Shown: piece by piece, positions 29,649 to 39,624 of the stretch | How positions within the stretch are numbered: position 1 is the first letter of the stretch | Layout of the letters: every line of letters starts with the position of its first letter | DNA from: Gemmatimonadota bacterium | GTDB taxonomy: Bacteria; Gemmatimonadota; Gemmatimonadetes; Palauibacterales; KS3-K002 | Assembly (NCBI GenBank): GCA_039586795.1 | Contig: JBDHJS010000015.1 | Span: forward strand, 32,001 to 96,000 | DNA: 64,000 bases | Direction of reading: 5' to 3' | Program-made: the position numbers and the translations under genes | The notes under the pieces: model-generated | Told to the model about the DNA's origin: nothing | What the model saw: only the letters and a program-made list of their open reading frames with translations | Database searches by the model: none

Positions 29649-29710
29649 GCATTCAGTTAGTCCTCTGGACGACGGTGAGGTCGTCGGGCCCCGCTAACAG
29701 GCTACTGTTG

Positions 29711-29753
29711 ACATCGGGCTTCGTGATTGAGCCGAGTCCGATGTGTTTTTTTT
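29711..29753 (+). terminator. Intrinsic terminator-like hairpin in the rpsU leader
   Basis: ACATCGGGCT...AGTCCGATGT stem followed by G and a long T run. Confidence 0.65.
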
Positions 29754-29779
29754 GCTCATAGGCCTGATAGGGGGCATGC

Positions 29780-29983
29780 ATGGTAGAGGTGGTAGTGCGG
29801 GACGGTGACAACCTGGAGGTCGTTCTCAAGCGTTTTAGGCGTAAGTTGGTGCGGTCCGGGCTGTTCAAAGACATGAAGAAGAGGCGCTTCTACGAGAAGC
29901 CAAGCACCGCGCGCAAGCGTAAGAAAGCGGCAGCGCGCAGACGTAATGTGCGACGAAGTGGTTCGCCGAGAGGTCAGCGGTAG
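29780..29983 (+). CDS. rpsU: 30S ribosomal protein bS21
   Basis: LKRFRRK..SG...[21 protein letters not shown]. Confidence 0.95.
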   Translation: MVEVVVRDGDNLEVVLKRFRRKLVRSGLFKDMKKRRFYEKPSTARKRKKAAARRRNVRRSGSPRGQR

Positions 29984-30021
29984 GGGCGGTTGTCGTCACG
30001 CAAGATACGGAAGAGAGCACC

Positions 30022-30237
30022 ATGACACGCATTACAGGCACCGTAAAGTGGTTCTCCAAGGACAAGGGCTTCGGGTTCATCAAGCAGGATGATGGCCCTG
30101 ATGTCTTCGTTCATCACACCGCCATTCAGTCCAGTGGCTACCGCACGCTGGAGGAAGGCGAACGAGTCGAATTCGAGATCGTCGAAGAGCCGAAAGGCTT
30201 GAAGGCGGCGAACGTTACGCGAGTCGACGAATCTTGA
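30022..30237 (+). CDS. Cold-shock domain protein (CspA family)
   Basis: [25 protein letters not shown]. Confidence 0.95.
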   Translation: MTRITGTVKWFSKDKGFGFIKQDDGPDVFVHHTAIQSSGYRTLEEGERVEFEIVEEPKGLKAANVTRVDES

Positions 30238-30313
30238 CGCGGAAGCGTCGTTGGCCGTCGTACTTGCGGTGAATCCGCAGCCAGATGCTGCGCAAAGACA
30301 GAAAGCAGATGGG

Positions 30314-30748
30314 ATGAGTGCTGCCAAGGGTGGTGACACTGTCAAGGTGCATTATACGGGTCGGCTTGACGACGGTACGGTTTTCGACTCTTCGGCGGGC
30401 GAAGACCCGCTAGAATTCACAATCGGTGATCGGGACGTGATACCCGGTTTTGAGGACGGCGTGCTGGGCATGACCGTCGGCGATACCAAGACGATCACGA
30501 TCGAATCAAAAGATGCTTACGGTCCGCATCGCCCCGACCTGGTGATGGAGATCGCGCGCGACCAACTGCCGGACGATGTAGAGCCCGAAGTGGGGCAGTT
30601 GCTCGAATTTCGGCAGCCAGACGGAGTTGTCATTCCGCTGGTTTTGACCGAGCTAGCAGATGATGTCGTGACCCTCGATGCCAACCATCCGTTGGCGGGG
30701 AAGGAACTGACTTTCGATCTCGAGCTTATGGAGATCACCACGGCGTAG
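30314..30748 (+). CDS. FKBP-type peptidyl-prolyl isomerase (SlyD/FkpB-like, no His tail)
   Basis: VKVHYTGRLDDGTVFDSS, AYG, DANHPLAGKELTF. Confidence 0.93.
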   Translation: MSAAKGGDTVKVHYTGRLDDGTVFDSSAGEDPLEFTIGDRDVIPGFEDGVLGMTVGDTKTITIESKDAYGPHRPDLVMEIARDQLPDDVEPEVGQLLEFRQPDGVVIPLVLTELADDVVTLDANHPLAGKELTFDLELMEITTA

Positions 30749-30755
30749 GACTCCC

Positions 30756-32003
30756 CTAAACGGTCTTCAGGTAGTCCCTTATCATCAACGCCGCCGCCGC
30801 GCCTTCGCCGGCGGCGGAGGCGACCTGCTTCACGCTATCGGCTCGCACGTCACCAGCCGCAAACACCCCCGGTACGCTCGTCTCCAGATGCGCTGGATCA
30901 CGCGACTCGAAGCCCGGCGGCCGCTGGCCGTTGTGCACGATTTGGTGACCGGTAATCACGAACCCAAATTCATCGAGCCGGACGGCGCTATCCGAGAGCG
31001 GTGCCGTGTTGGGATCCAGGCCGATGAAGATGAAGGTCCCGGGCACATCCAGCTGCCAGTTCTCTTCGGTCCTCGTGTTGCGCACGTTGACCGTCTGTAG
31101 CTTGGATTCGGCGCCCGCAAATCCCTCCACGACGGTGTGAAAGCGGACATCGATCTGGGGATGCTCGAGCACCTTCTCCTGGATGACCTGACTGGCTGAA
31201 AACTCCGCGCCGCGCACCAGCAGCGTGACTCGAGAAGCGAACCGGGTAAGGAACAGACTCTCTTCTGCGGCGCTGTTGCCACCACCGACAACGGCAACCG
31301 GTCGATCTTTGTAGAAGGGGCCATCGCATGTTGCGCAGAAATGAACGCCGGCACCCAAGTACTCTTCTTCACCAGGCACGTCGAGGCGCCGGTAACGGCT
31401 GCCAGGAGCTAGTAAGACAGCGCAGGCGCTGTACTCGGTTCCGTCCGCCGTCGTGACGCAGCGGTAGTTGTTGTGGCTATGCAGGCTGGTGACATCTTGA
31501 GCCTGGAGCATCTCAACGCCAAAGCGCTCCGCTTGTAGTCGGAATCGACTGGCCAGCTCGGTGCCTGTGATACCCTCGTGAAAACCGGGCACGTTGTCGA
31601 GGTGCATGGTCGCCGCAGCTTGGCCGCCGAGCGCGGCTCGCTCGATTACAAGCGTGTCGATACCTTCGCGGGCGGTGTATAGGGCGGCGGTAAGGCCTGC
31701 CGGCCCTCCGCCCACCACGATGAGGTCGTAGTGGTGACGTTCCGCCGTGGTCTTTAATCCAAGCCTTTGGGCGAGCTCAGCGTTGCTGGGATTGGTCAAG
31801 GTCGAGCCGTCTCCCAGGACAATGGTCGGGATCCGCCGCTTTCCCTGATTCGCTTCGATCACGAACTGCTCACCCGCTTCGTCCTTCTCGATGTCCACCC
31901 AGCTATATGGGATCTGGTGTTCGCCGAGGAACGCTTTGCTGCGGCGACAGTCGGGGCACCAATAGGCGCCATACACGGTTACATCCGGGCTGTCAGTCAT
32001 CAT
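30756..32003 (-). CDS. Thioredoxin-reductase-like flavoprotein with N-terminal glutaredoxin-like domain
   Basis: WCPDC...IPT domain, then GGGPAG, CATCDG, GGGNSA, GVFAAGD. Confidence 0.9.
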   Translation of the reverse strand: MMTDSPDVTVYGAYWCPDCRRSKAFLGEHQIPYSWVDIEKDEAGEQFVIEANQGKRRIPTIVLGDGSTLTNPSNAELAQRLGLKTTAERHHYDLIVVGGGPAGLTAALYTAREGIDTLVIERAALGGQAAATMHLDNVPGFHEGITGTELASRFRLQAERFGVEMLQAQDVTSLHSHNNYRCVTTADGTEYSACAVLLAPGSRYRRLDVPGEEEYLGAGVHFCATCDGPFYKDRPVAVVGGGNSAAEESLFLTRFASRVTLLVRGAEFSASQVIQEKVLEHPQIDVRFHTVVEGFAGAESKLQTVNVRNTRTEENWQLDVPGTFIFIGLDPNTAPLSDSAVRLDEFGFVITGHQIVHNGQRPPGFESRDPAHLETSVPGVFAAGDVRADSVKQVASAAGEGAAAALMIRDYLKTV

Positions 32004-32022
32004 TCCGTGCTCAGGAGCGGAG

Positions 32023-32382
32023 CTAGGCCTCTTCGAGGAGCCGAATCTCGTCAGGCAGATTCGGGACTACGCATAGGAACTCGAACGGCTCGTCTCCCTG
32101 GGTTATGTAGTAGTGGGGTGTGCCCGCCGGGATGTACACCACGTCGCCCTTTCGCACCCGGTGGACTTCTTCCCCGATCCCGACCTCCGCTTCGCCGCGC
32201 AGCACGTACTGTTCGTGCTCAACGCTGTTCGAATGCAGCGGCATGGAGCCTCCCGGCTCGATGATGAAGCGACGCATGGCGAAGTGCGGGGCTTCGTCGG
32301 CCCCGATCAACACCTGTCGCCGCGTCGCGGTTCCCGCTTTGACCTCTTCCGTAGGCACGTTCGCGGCGGCTCTAATGGGCAT
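32023..32382 (-). CDS. Cupin-domain protein
   Basis: PLHSNSVEHEQYVLRG and GDVVYIPAGTPH. Confidence 0.9.
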   Translation of the reverse strand: MPIRAAANVPTEEVKAGTATRRQVLIGADEAPHFAMRRFIIEPGGSMPLHSNSVEHEQYVLRGEAEVGIGEEVHRVRKGDVVYIPAGTPHYYITQGDEPFEFLCVVPNLPDEIRLLEEA

Positions 32383-32559
32383 GGCAATCGCTCCGGGTAA
32401 ATGGTCACGCAACAGAGATCTTACTATGAAGTAGGGAGGGCAAGATGGAGCGGGTCCGTGTCAGTGGCAAATCGGCCACACGAAACCAGGGTCGGTCATG
32501 GCTCGTACTCTTGAGCGAGGAATGGCTGTCTTATCGTCAGTATCAGGAGGGAGTGGCGA

Positions 32560-33519
32560 GTGGTAAATGAACCGGTCATCCGCGTGCGAGATCTCAGCAA
32601 GACATACAAAGGAGTCGAGGCGCTGAAGTCTCTTGATCTCGACGTTCTTCGAAACTCGATCTTTGGTTTCTTGGGCCCGAACGGGGCCGGCAAGACAACG
32701 ACGATCAAACTCTTGCTCGGGTTGGTACGACCGACGGCGGGCTCAGCGAAGGTCTTCGGACACGATATTGTCGGCGACACGATCGACGTGCGGCGACGAA
32801 TCGGGTATTTGCCACAGGAACCCCGCTATTACGAGCACATGAGCGCCCGGGAGACTCTGCGTTTTACGGCGCGATTCTTTTACCAGGGTCCGGCTCCGGC
32901 GATCGAGAAACGAGTCGACGAAACGTTGGAGCTGGTAGGCCTTTCCGACAAAGCGGATCGTCCCATCAAAGGCTTCTCTTCCGGCGAACGGCAGCGACTG
33001 GGAATCGGTCAGGCACAGGTCAGTGACCCCGATCTATTGATCCTTGACGAGCCCGCGGCTTCTCTCGATCCGATGGGTCGGCGCGACGTGCTCGAGATCA
33101 TGGAGCGCCTGCGCGAGAAAGCCACCGTGTTCTACTCGACGCACATCCTCGACGACGTTGAGCGGGTCAGCGACACCGTAGCGATACTCGACAGCGGGGA
33201 GCTGGTTGCGTGTGCGCCGATCGAGGAACTGCTGGTGGGTAGCGACGGGATCGTCTATACGATCGATGTGGTCGGCGATGGAAAAAGCGCTGCCAACCGA
33301 GTGGCGGCTGAGCCGTGGGTCTCGGATGTTCAAATCTCACGTGACGGCGACCGCTCGCACTGGACGGTGAGCGTCACGGATGCCGAGGCCGCCGAGGCGC
33401 GACTTCTGCGCCTGTTGCTCGCCGACGAGCATCTCGCCGTCAGCGCCTTCGGCCGCAAGACCTACGAACTGGAAGAAGTGTTCATGAACCTGGTAGAGGA
33501 GAACGGAAATGGCCGCTAG
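32560..33519 (+). CDS. ABC-2 type transporter ATP-binding protein
   Basis: GPNGAGKTT, FSSGE, ILDEP, STH. Confidence 0.93.
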   Translation: MVNEPVIRVRDLSKTYKGVEALKSLDLDVLRNSIFGFLGPNGAGKTTTIKLLLGLVRPTAGSAKVFGHDIVGDTIDVRRRIGYLPQEPRYYEHMSARETLRFTARFFYQGPAPAIEKRVDETLELVGLSDKADRPIKGFSSGERQRLGIGQAQVSDPDLLILDEPAASLDPMGRRDVLEIMERLREKATVFYSTHILDDVERVSDTVAILDSGELVACAPIEELLVGSDGIVYTIDVVGDGKSAANRVAAEPWVSDVQISRDGDRSHWTVSVTDAEAAEARLLRLLLADEHLAVSAFGRKTYELEEVFMNLVEENGNGR

Positions 33520-34294
33520 CATTCCGCTGCAGCCGGTCGAGAAGAGCGGGTGGCTGGTCGGTTTTGGCAACATGCTGGACAAGGAGTACGGGTCCTGGTG
33601 GCGAACGAGGCGCGCCCTGGTTCATCACATCCTCTGGTTCTGCGTGATCAACGGGTTCCTGTTCTTGGTCGGCGTCGATGAGGGGCGTCGCAATCCCTTC
33701 TATGCTATCGACGAGCTGATCCAGGTGTTCTTCCAGGTCGGAGGTCTCTTCGCGACAATCGGGATTATCGTGGTCACTCAGAGCGCCGTCTTCGGCGAAC
33801 GCCAACTGGGCACGGCCGAGTGGGTCTTGTCAAAACCGGTGACCCGTGAGGCCTTCTTGCTGTCGAAGTTCATCGTTAACGGCCTCTCCTTTCTCTTCCT
33901 CGCCATCGCCATACCGTCGGTTGTCTTCTTCCTGCAATCGCTTCTTCACACAAACCTGCAGCCCGACCTCGGGCCATTTCTGGTCGGCCTGGCTATCCTG
34001 ACTCAGCATTTGATCTTCTACCTCGCGCTCACCATTGCCCTGGGCACCTTCATGCGATCCCGTGGGCCGGTCTCGGGCGCCGGTATCGGCCTGCTGTTCG
34101 CGGGGCTCATCCTGCCCAACTTCTTCCCGTGGCTGATCGAGTTCACTCCGTTCGGGCTGCTCAGTTTCGCCGGTCAGGTGGCACGTGAGCGACCGCTCCC
34201 GCCTTGGGTCTGGCAGCCGATCCTGCACACCGCCCTGTGGACACTACTGGCCGTGCTGGTCGCGCTATGGCGGTTCGATCGGGAGGAGTTCTGA
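33509..34294 (+). CDS. ABC-2 type transporter permease
   Basis: About 6 TM helices, GERQLGTAEWVLSKPVTR, ends RFDREEF; overlaps the ATPase stop. Confidence 0.9.
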   Translation: MAASIPLQPVEKSGWLVGFGNMLDKEYGSWWRTRRALVHHILWFCVINGFLFLVGVDEGRRNPFYAIDELIQVFFQVGGLFATIGIIVVTQSAVFGERQLGTAEWVLSKPVTREAFLLSKFIVNGLSFLFLAIAIPSVVFFLQSLLHTNLQPDLGPFLVGLAILTQHLIFYLALTIALGTFMRSRGPVSGAGIGLLFAGLILPNFFPWLIEFTPFGLLSFAGQVARERPLPPWVWQPILHTALWTLLAVLVALWRFDREEF

Positions 34295-34520
34295 GAGTCG
34301 AGCCAACGCCTCTGGGCAGCTAACCGGGCAAGGCGCGCGTCTGATACATCTGGTAGCCGTATTGGGGGCGGGCCACGAGGTCAGCGATGGCTGAAACCTC
34401 AGGCCCCTATCTCTCCGTATTGCTTCAATGTGAAGCCCGCCGGGTCGGTGGGAACTGCCGGTCGGGCTCCTTAGTTGTAGGACAGTCAAGACCCGAGTTG
34501 CAAGACCCAATTTGTATTAC

Positions 34521-34548
34521 TATTGTCCTAGAGATGTCATGGACAATA
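34521..34548. promoter_or_regulatory. Palindromic operator-like site upstream of RND operon
   Basis: TATTGTCC-N12-GGACAATA perfect 8-bp IR in an AT-rich patch. Confidence 0.55.
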
Positions 34549-34594
34549 ATTGAACGGTGAACGAGGCTGATCCCCGTACTGAAGGGCTACGGAT

Positions 34595-35833
34595 ATGAAA
34601 AAGAGCACGGTTCTTAGGGCAGCGGCCGTACCGGCGATACTGGCGGTGGGGTTTGTGGCGATGAGCGCGTTGGGCTCGACGGAGCGCCAGAGCAATCGCC
34701 GGGAGGTGAAGCCGGAGGCGCGGGCGGTGGAGACGGAGTTGCTGGCGTTCGGCGACATAACCCTGCAGGTGGAGGGCGACGGCGTGGTGGAATCAGAGCG
34801 GACGCTGGAGATCGTCGCGGAGGCTAGCGGCCGGGTCTTGTTCGCAAAGAACGACCTGAAGGACGGCACGTTTGTAAGTGTTGGCGAGCTCGTGCTGCAG
34901 ATCGATTCGCGGGATGTGGAGAACGACCTGTACGCGTTGCGGTCGGACTTCCTGAACGCGGTCGCGTCTGTGCTTCCGGAATTGCAGCTGGACGATGCGC
35001 GAATCTACAAGCGTTGGTTCGACTATTTCCGCAGCCTGGACATCAACTCGTCGGTCCCGGAGCTACCGGAGATCACGAATCCGCAAGAGAAGATCAAGGT
35101 CAGCTCGAAGGACATCATCGGGAAGTACTACGCGGTGAGGAACCAGGAGATCTTGCTTTCGAAGCACTCGATTCGGGCGCCGTTCGACGGTTTCATCAGT
35201 TCGAACGGTGTGATCGAGAACAGCTTCGTTTCTACGGGTCAGCACTTGTTCACGTTGGCGGACCCGAAGAACCTCGTGGTAACGGTGCCGTTGCTGGTAG
35301 GAGAGAGCCAGTCGATCGACTTCTCGGCGGTGCCCCGGGTAGCTGTATTTGCGGATGAGGGCAGCGACGAGGTGACTTACGGTCGAGTCACGCGAAAGCA
35401 GACGATGGTCGACCGCAACTCTCAGACACTAAACGTCTACGTTACGTTCAAGAACAACAACCTGAATCCACATTTCCTGCCGGGCAGCTACGTGCATGTG
35501 AGCATCGACGGACGGGTGTTACACGACGTAGCGCCGGTACGTCGGCATTTGTTGGATGCGGGCGACCAAGTGTACACGATGAAGGACGGTACTCTGGGTC
35601 GTCAGCAGCTGGAGGTTGTGGCCTATCAAGGCGACCTCGCGATCGTTCGGAACAGCTTTGCGGATGAGACCGCGATCGTAACGACGATCTTGCAGAAGCC
35701 GCTGGTGGGGATGGATATCCGCTCCATCAACATGCCCGAGTTAAATCCCGAAAGCGAGCTAGCGGAAGACGAGGCAGAGTCGGGGTTAGCTGAGAAGGGT
35801 GCCGCGAGTGAGACGGTAGCCGCGGGTGGCTGA
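34595..35833 (+). CDS. RND efflux periplasmic adaptor subunit
   Basis: N-terminal TM, lipoyl halves (AEASGRV..G.FV..GELV; IRAPFDG), upstream of an RND permease. Confidence 0.88.
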   Translation: MKKSTVLRAAAVPAILAVGFVAMSALGSTERQSNRREVKPEARAVETELLAFGDITLQVEGDGVVESERTLEIVAEASGRVLFAKNDLKDGTFVSVGELVLQIDSRDVENDLYALRSDFLNAVASVLPELQLDDARIYKRWFDYFRSLDINSSVPELPEITNPQEKIKVSSKDIIGKYYAVRNQEILLSKHSIRAPFDGFISSNGVIENSFVSTGQHLFTLADPKNLVVTVPLLVGESQSIDFSAVPRVAVFADEGSDEVTYGRVTRKQTMVDRNSQTLNVYVTFKNNNLNPHFLPGSYVHVSIDGRVLHDVAPVRRHLLDAGDQVYTMKDGTLGRQQLEVVAYQGDLAIVRNSFADETAIVTTILQKPLVGMDIRSINMPELNPESELAEDEAESGLAEKGAASETVAAGG

Positions 35834-35881
35834 TAGCTCTGAGCGCGAGACGCAATCTCTAGATAGATAGGTGCCGGCAAG

Positions 35882-38800
35882 ATGCGAAACGTCATCAATT
35901 ATTTCATAAAGCACTCGGTTGTTACGAACTGGGTGATGCTAGCGGTAATGCTGGCGGGTGTATTCGCCCTCTTCAATCTCGAACGTCGTCTATCGCCGAA
36001 GCTCGAGATCGAAGAAGTAAACGTCAACGTGGCCTATCCCGGGGCGTCGGCGGTCGAGGTCGAGGAAGGTATAACGATCAAGATCGAAGAGGCACTGCGG
36101 GGCATCGAGGGGATCCAGCGGGTCTACTCCTGGTCGTCGGAGAGCTTCGCCTCGCTGAACGTCGAGATCAGGCCCGGCTACGACATGAACAAGGCGCTCC
36201 AGAACATCAGGAACGCCGTCAACTCGATCAATTCATATCCGACCGGGGCTGAGATACCCGTCGTCTTCCAGCAGCCGATGTGGAATCGAGCCGTGATGCT
36301 GAGCATATACGGCCCAGAGGACCTGTACGCGCTGAAACGGATCGTTGAGGAGTTCCGGGATGAGCTGCTGGCGACGGGCGAGATCTCTGAAGTACGGTGG
36401 TGGGGACTACCGGTGCGCGAGATTACGATCGAGGTTTCTCCGAAGAACCTGCGGCGCTACAAACTGACGGTTGGCGATATCGCCCAAGCGGTGCGCAACT
36501 CGAACCTGAACATCTCATCGGGCTCGGTTCTGACCGATCAGGAAGAGATCCTGATTCGCTCGTACAATCGGAAGTACGAGGCGGTAGACTTCCAGAACAT
36601 CGAGGTCGTGTCGTCGATTGATGGCACGCGCATTCGGCTGGTCGACATCGCGGATGTCCAGGAGCAGTGGCCCGAGAACCTGTTCTACGCGGAGTACAAC
36701 GGGCGCCCATCGGTCGGCTTCAACGTGATGTACAACAACACCGAGGACGTGATCGAGATCACGAAGATCACGGAGAACCTCGCGGCCGAATACGAAGCAC
36801 GGTACGCTGGGCTGGTCCAATTCAACACGTTCATCAAAGACACGGATGAGCTGGAGGAGCGGTTGTCCCTGATGACGATGAACGGGATGATCGGCCTGAT
36901 TCTCGTGCTCACGTTGTTGGGTGTCTTCCTGAACGTGCGGCTCTCTTTCTGGGTGGCGCTTGGTATTCCATTCTCGCTACTCGGGATGTTCTTCGTCCTA
37001 TGGCTTCTCGACATCACGATCAACGAAATGAGCCTTTTCGGGATCATTATGGTGATCGGGATCCTGGTGGACGACGGGATTATCATCGGGGAGAGCATCT
37101 ACTCGCAGTACGAGAAGTACGGGAAGAAACCGGTACAGGCGGCTATCGATGGGACGATGGACGTCATCAAACCGGTGACGATCTCGATTGTGACCACGAT
37201 GGTCGCGTTCATACCGTATTTCTACTTCTATGGCATGCTGGGCAAATACGTCTGGCAGATCGCTGCGGTGATGATCATCGCCCTCGCTTTCTCGCTGATC
37301 GAGGCGTTCATCATCCTGCCGGCGCACCTCTCACATTCGCGGGCGCTGGAGGATCGGCCGGACGCCAAGAAATTCCTCTCCGGAATCAGGGACAAGACCG
37401 ACGCCGCGTTGCAGGGCCTGATCACCAAGGTGTACAGCCCGGTCCTGAGGTTCTGCCTGGCAAACCGGTGGTCGGTCACCGCAGTGATGATCGCCGTGAT
37501 CATGGTGATCGCCGGGATGTTTCAGGGGCAGTACGTGAAGGCTCAGTTCTTTCCGCAGATCGAGCCACCGTACGCCCGAATGCAGATCGAGGTGCCAGCG
37601 GGTACTTCATCCGAGGTTGCGGACGCTATCCGGACCGATTTGATCGCAAAGGCTCTGAAGTTTGCCGACGAGTGGGATCATCCTGGGGTCGGTGAGGCCA
37701 AGCCGATCAAGGACTACACGTCGTGGATGAATGGCGGAACGATCAACGTATTCTTCGTCTTGCCTTCGGCCGCCGTGCGGGAGTTCGAGGTGGGAGAGTT
37801 CTCCGACGCGCTGGCCGAGTACATCGGCGAGGTGCCGGAGGCTGAAAACGTGATCGTTGGCGGCTTCTCATTCGGTGGCACGCCGATCTCGGTTCGTTTT
37901 CAGAGCAGCGACTACCAGCAGCTCATACAGGCCAAGGAACTGCTCAAGGATGAGCTGAGGCTGATCGCCGGAGTCAAAGACATCCGCGACGACACACCGG
38001 CCGGGAACAACGAATTCGTGGTGACCCTGAAGCCGAAGGGTCAGGCGCTAGGCCTCACGGTGCGCGACCTGACGACTCAGCTCCGCCAGGGGTTCTACGG
38101 CGACGAGGTGATGAGGCTGCAGAAGGGTCGTGACGAGGTGAAGGTTTGGGTTCGCTTCCCGAAAGAGGACAGAGTATCGATCGCTCAGATCGAGAACCTG
38201 AAAGTGCGGACGCCATCCGGTGATTACGTGTCGTTCAAGGAAGTTGCCGAGTATCGGATCGAACGCGGCATGCGGAGGATCCGTCACGACAACGGGATGC
38301 GGGCCGTCACCGTCTACGCCGATCTTGACTACTCGCAGAACGACCTCAACGTCGTGCTCTCCGAAGTCAACGGCGAAGTCGTGCCGCGAGTCCTGGCGCA
38401 GGTCGACGGCGTCCAGCGGGCGGTGGGCAGCGGTCAGCAGGAAGAGGTCACCAAGATGGTGAACTCGATGACGTACACCATGACTCTGGCGTTGGTCGTG
38501 ATGTTCACGATTCTGCTGTTCCTGCTGAAGTCGCCGATCCAAACCCTTCTGATCATGGGTCTGATACCGGCGGGTGTGATTGGCGCTGTCTTCGGTCACT
38601 TCGTGATTGGAATTCCGGTGTCGATCCTGTCGTTCTTGGGTATAGTGGCGCTGGCGGGGATCATCGTTAACGACTCGGTGGTGCTGGTCGACCGATATAA
38701 CAAGATGATCGCCCGCGGTGTGGAAGTAGGAGAGGCGCTCTACGAGGCGGCGATGTCCCGCTTCCGACCCATCGTGCTGACCACCATCACCACCGCCGGT

Positions 38801-39010
38801 GGGCTGGCGCCGATCATCTTGATGCGCAGCGAACAGGGACAGTTCCTTGTCCCGATGGCGATATCGGTGGCGGCGGGCCTGGTCTTCGGTACTTTCCTGA
38901 CCCTGCTGCTGCTACCGTCCGCGCTTTATGTGGTGAGTGACTTGCGGGTGTTGCTGCGTCGGAAGAAATCCCGGCAAGAGCTGGAGCCGGCGTACACGTC
39001 GGGAGACTGA
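35882..39010 (+). CDS. RND efflux permease (AcrB/AcrD/AcrF family)
   Basis: YPGASA.EVE, GILVDDGIIIGE, VNDSVVL, RFRPIVLT; 1042 aa. Confidence 0.95.
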   Translation: MRNVINYFIKHSVVTNWVMLAVMLAGVFALFNLERRLSPKLEIEEVNVNVAYPGASAVEVEEGITIKIEEALRGIEGIQRVYSWSSESFASLNVEIRPGYDMNKALQNIRNAVNSINSYPTGAEIPVVFQQPMWNRAVMLSIYGPEDLYALKRIVEEFRDELLATGEISEVRWWGLPVREITIEVSPKNLRRYKLTVGDIAQAVRNSNLNISSGSVLTDQEEILIRSYNRKYEAVDFQNIEVVSSIDGTRIRLVDIADVQEQWPENLFYAEYNGRPSVGFNVMYNNTEDVIEITKITENLAAEYEARYAGLVQFNTFIKDTDELEERLSLMTMNGMIGLILVLTLLGVFLNVRLSFWVALGIPFSLLGMFFVLWLLDITINEMSLFGIIMVIGILVDDGIIIGESIYSQYEKYGKKPVQAAIDGTMDVIKPVTISIVTTMVAFIPYFYFYGMLGKYVWQIAAVMIIALAFSLIEAFIILPAHLSHSRALEDRPDAKKFLSGIRDKTDAALQGLITKVYSPVLRFCLANRWSVTAVMIAVIMVIAGMFQGQYVKAQFFPQIEPPYARMQIEVPAGTSSEVADAIRTDLIAKALKFADEWDHPGVGEAKPIKDYTSWMNGGTINVFFVLPSAAVREFEVGEFSDALAEYIGEVPEAENVIVGGFSFGGTPISVRFQSSDYQQLIQAKELLKDELRLIAGVKDIRDDTPAGNNEFVVTLKPKGQALGLTVRDLTTQLRQGFYGDEVMRLQKGRDEVKVWVRFPKEDRVSIAQIENLKVRTPSGDYVSFKEVAEYRIERGMRRIRHDNGMRAVTVYADLDYSQNDLNVVLSEVNGEVVPRVLAQVDGVQRAVGSGQQEEVTKMVNSMTYTMTLALVVMFTILLFLLKSPIQTLLIMGLIPAGVIGAVFGHFVIGIPVSILSFLGIVALAGIIVNDSVVLVDRYNKMIARGVEVGEALYEAAMSRFRPIVLTTITTAGGLAPIILMRSEQGQFLVPMAISVAAGLVFGTFLTLLLLPSALYVVSDLRVLLRRKKSRQELEPAYTSGD

Positions 39011-39022
39011 CGTTGATGGAAA

Positions 39023-39184
39023 GTGGACAGTGGACAGTGGACGGTGGATGGTAGACGGTAGACGGTAGACAAGTAGACGGTGGAAAAGTAGAAGAGGCCA
39101 GTGACTGGAAAGGTCTATGCCCGTCCGTCAGTTGGCCTCTTCTTCTACGGTCAACCTGTCTACTATCTACCGTCCACCGTCTAC
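39023..39184. repeat. Inverted heptamer arrays (GTRGACR) around a hairpin
   Basis: About 9 GTGGACA/GTAGACG-like units, stem AGAAGAGGCCA/TGGCCTCTTCT, then about 4 reverse-complement units. Confidence 0.9.
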
Positions 39185-39624
39185 CTAATCTGATCCAGCG
39201 CTCGCTCGCCTCCCCATTTCTCAACGATGATGTCGTCGTAGTCGTCGGCGGTACGGGCCACGTGGATGACGGAGGACTCGAGTTCTTTCTGGTCGCAAGT
39301 CGATCCCACGATGGTGTGCTCGAAGATGACATCGCCCTCGTCATCGATTCCAAACGCCCCGAAGCGCATGCCCACATTCTCATGCAAGAGGTAATGCATC
39401 AGCTCTGGCGTGAGCTGGACGTCTGTGACTACGTAGGAGCGCGTGGTGATCACTGCGTCGTGTTCGCCCCAGGGGAAGATTCCAATCTGGGCAAAAGCTG
39501 AACCGTACATCACGCCGATGACCGGAGAATCCGGCTTTCGGAGAACCGATCCTCCGAAAAGCTCTGTGACCCAGGGCAGCACCCTTTCGTAGATCTCTTG
39601 CTGAGGCTTCGTGTCGAACTGCAT
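39181..39624 (-). CDS. YbjN / T3SS-chaperone-like fold protein
   Basis: LLHENVGMRFGAFGID..GDV.F, ADDYDD pattern; start MQFD after GAGGA. Confidence 0.75.
   Translation of the reverse strand: MQFDTKPQQEIYERVLPWVTELFGGSVLRKPDSPVIGVMYGSAFAQIGIFPWGEHDAVITTRSYVVTDVQLTPELMHYLLHENVGMRFGAFGIDDEGDVIFEHTIVGSTCDQKELESSVIHVARTADDYDDIIVEKWGGERALDQIR

Noticed and set aside
29665..29705. Fluoride riboswitch in the rpsU leader
   Set aside because: The first stem is superficially similar, but the GAUGG loop and the matching 3' pseudoknot segment are absent and the gene context does not fit.
39023..39184. CRISPR array
   Set aside because: Units are 7 nt with no unique spacers, and there are no cas genes in the window.
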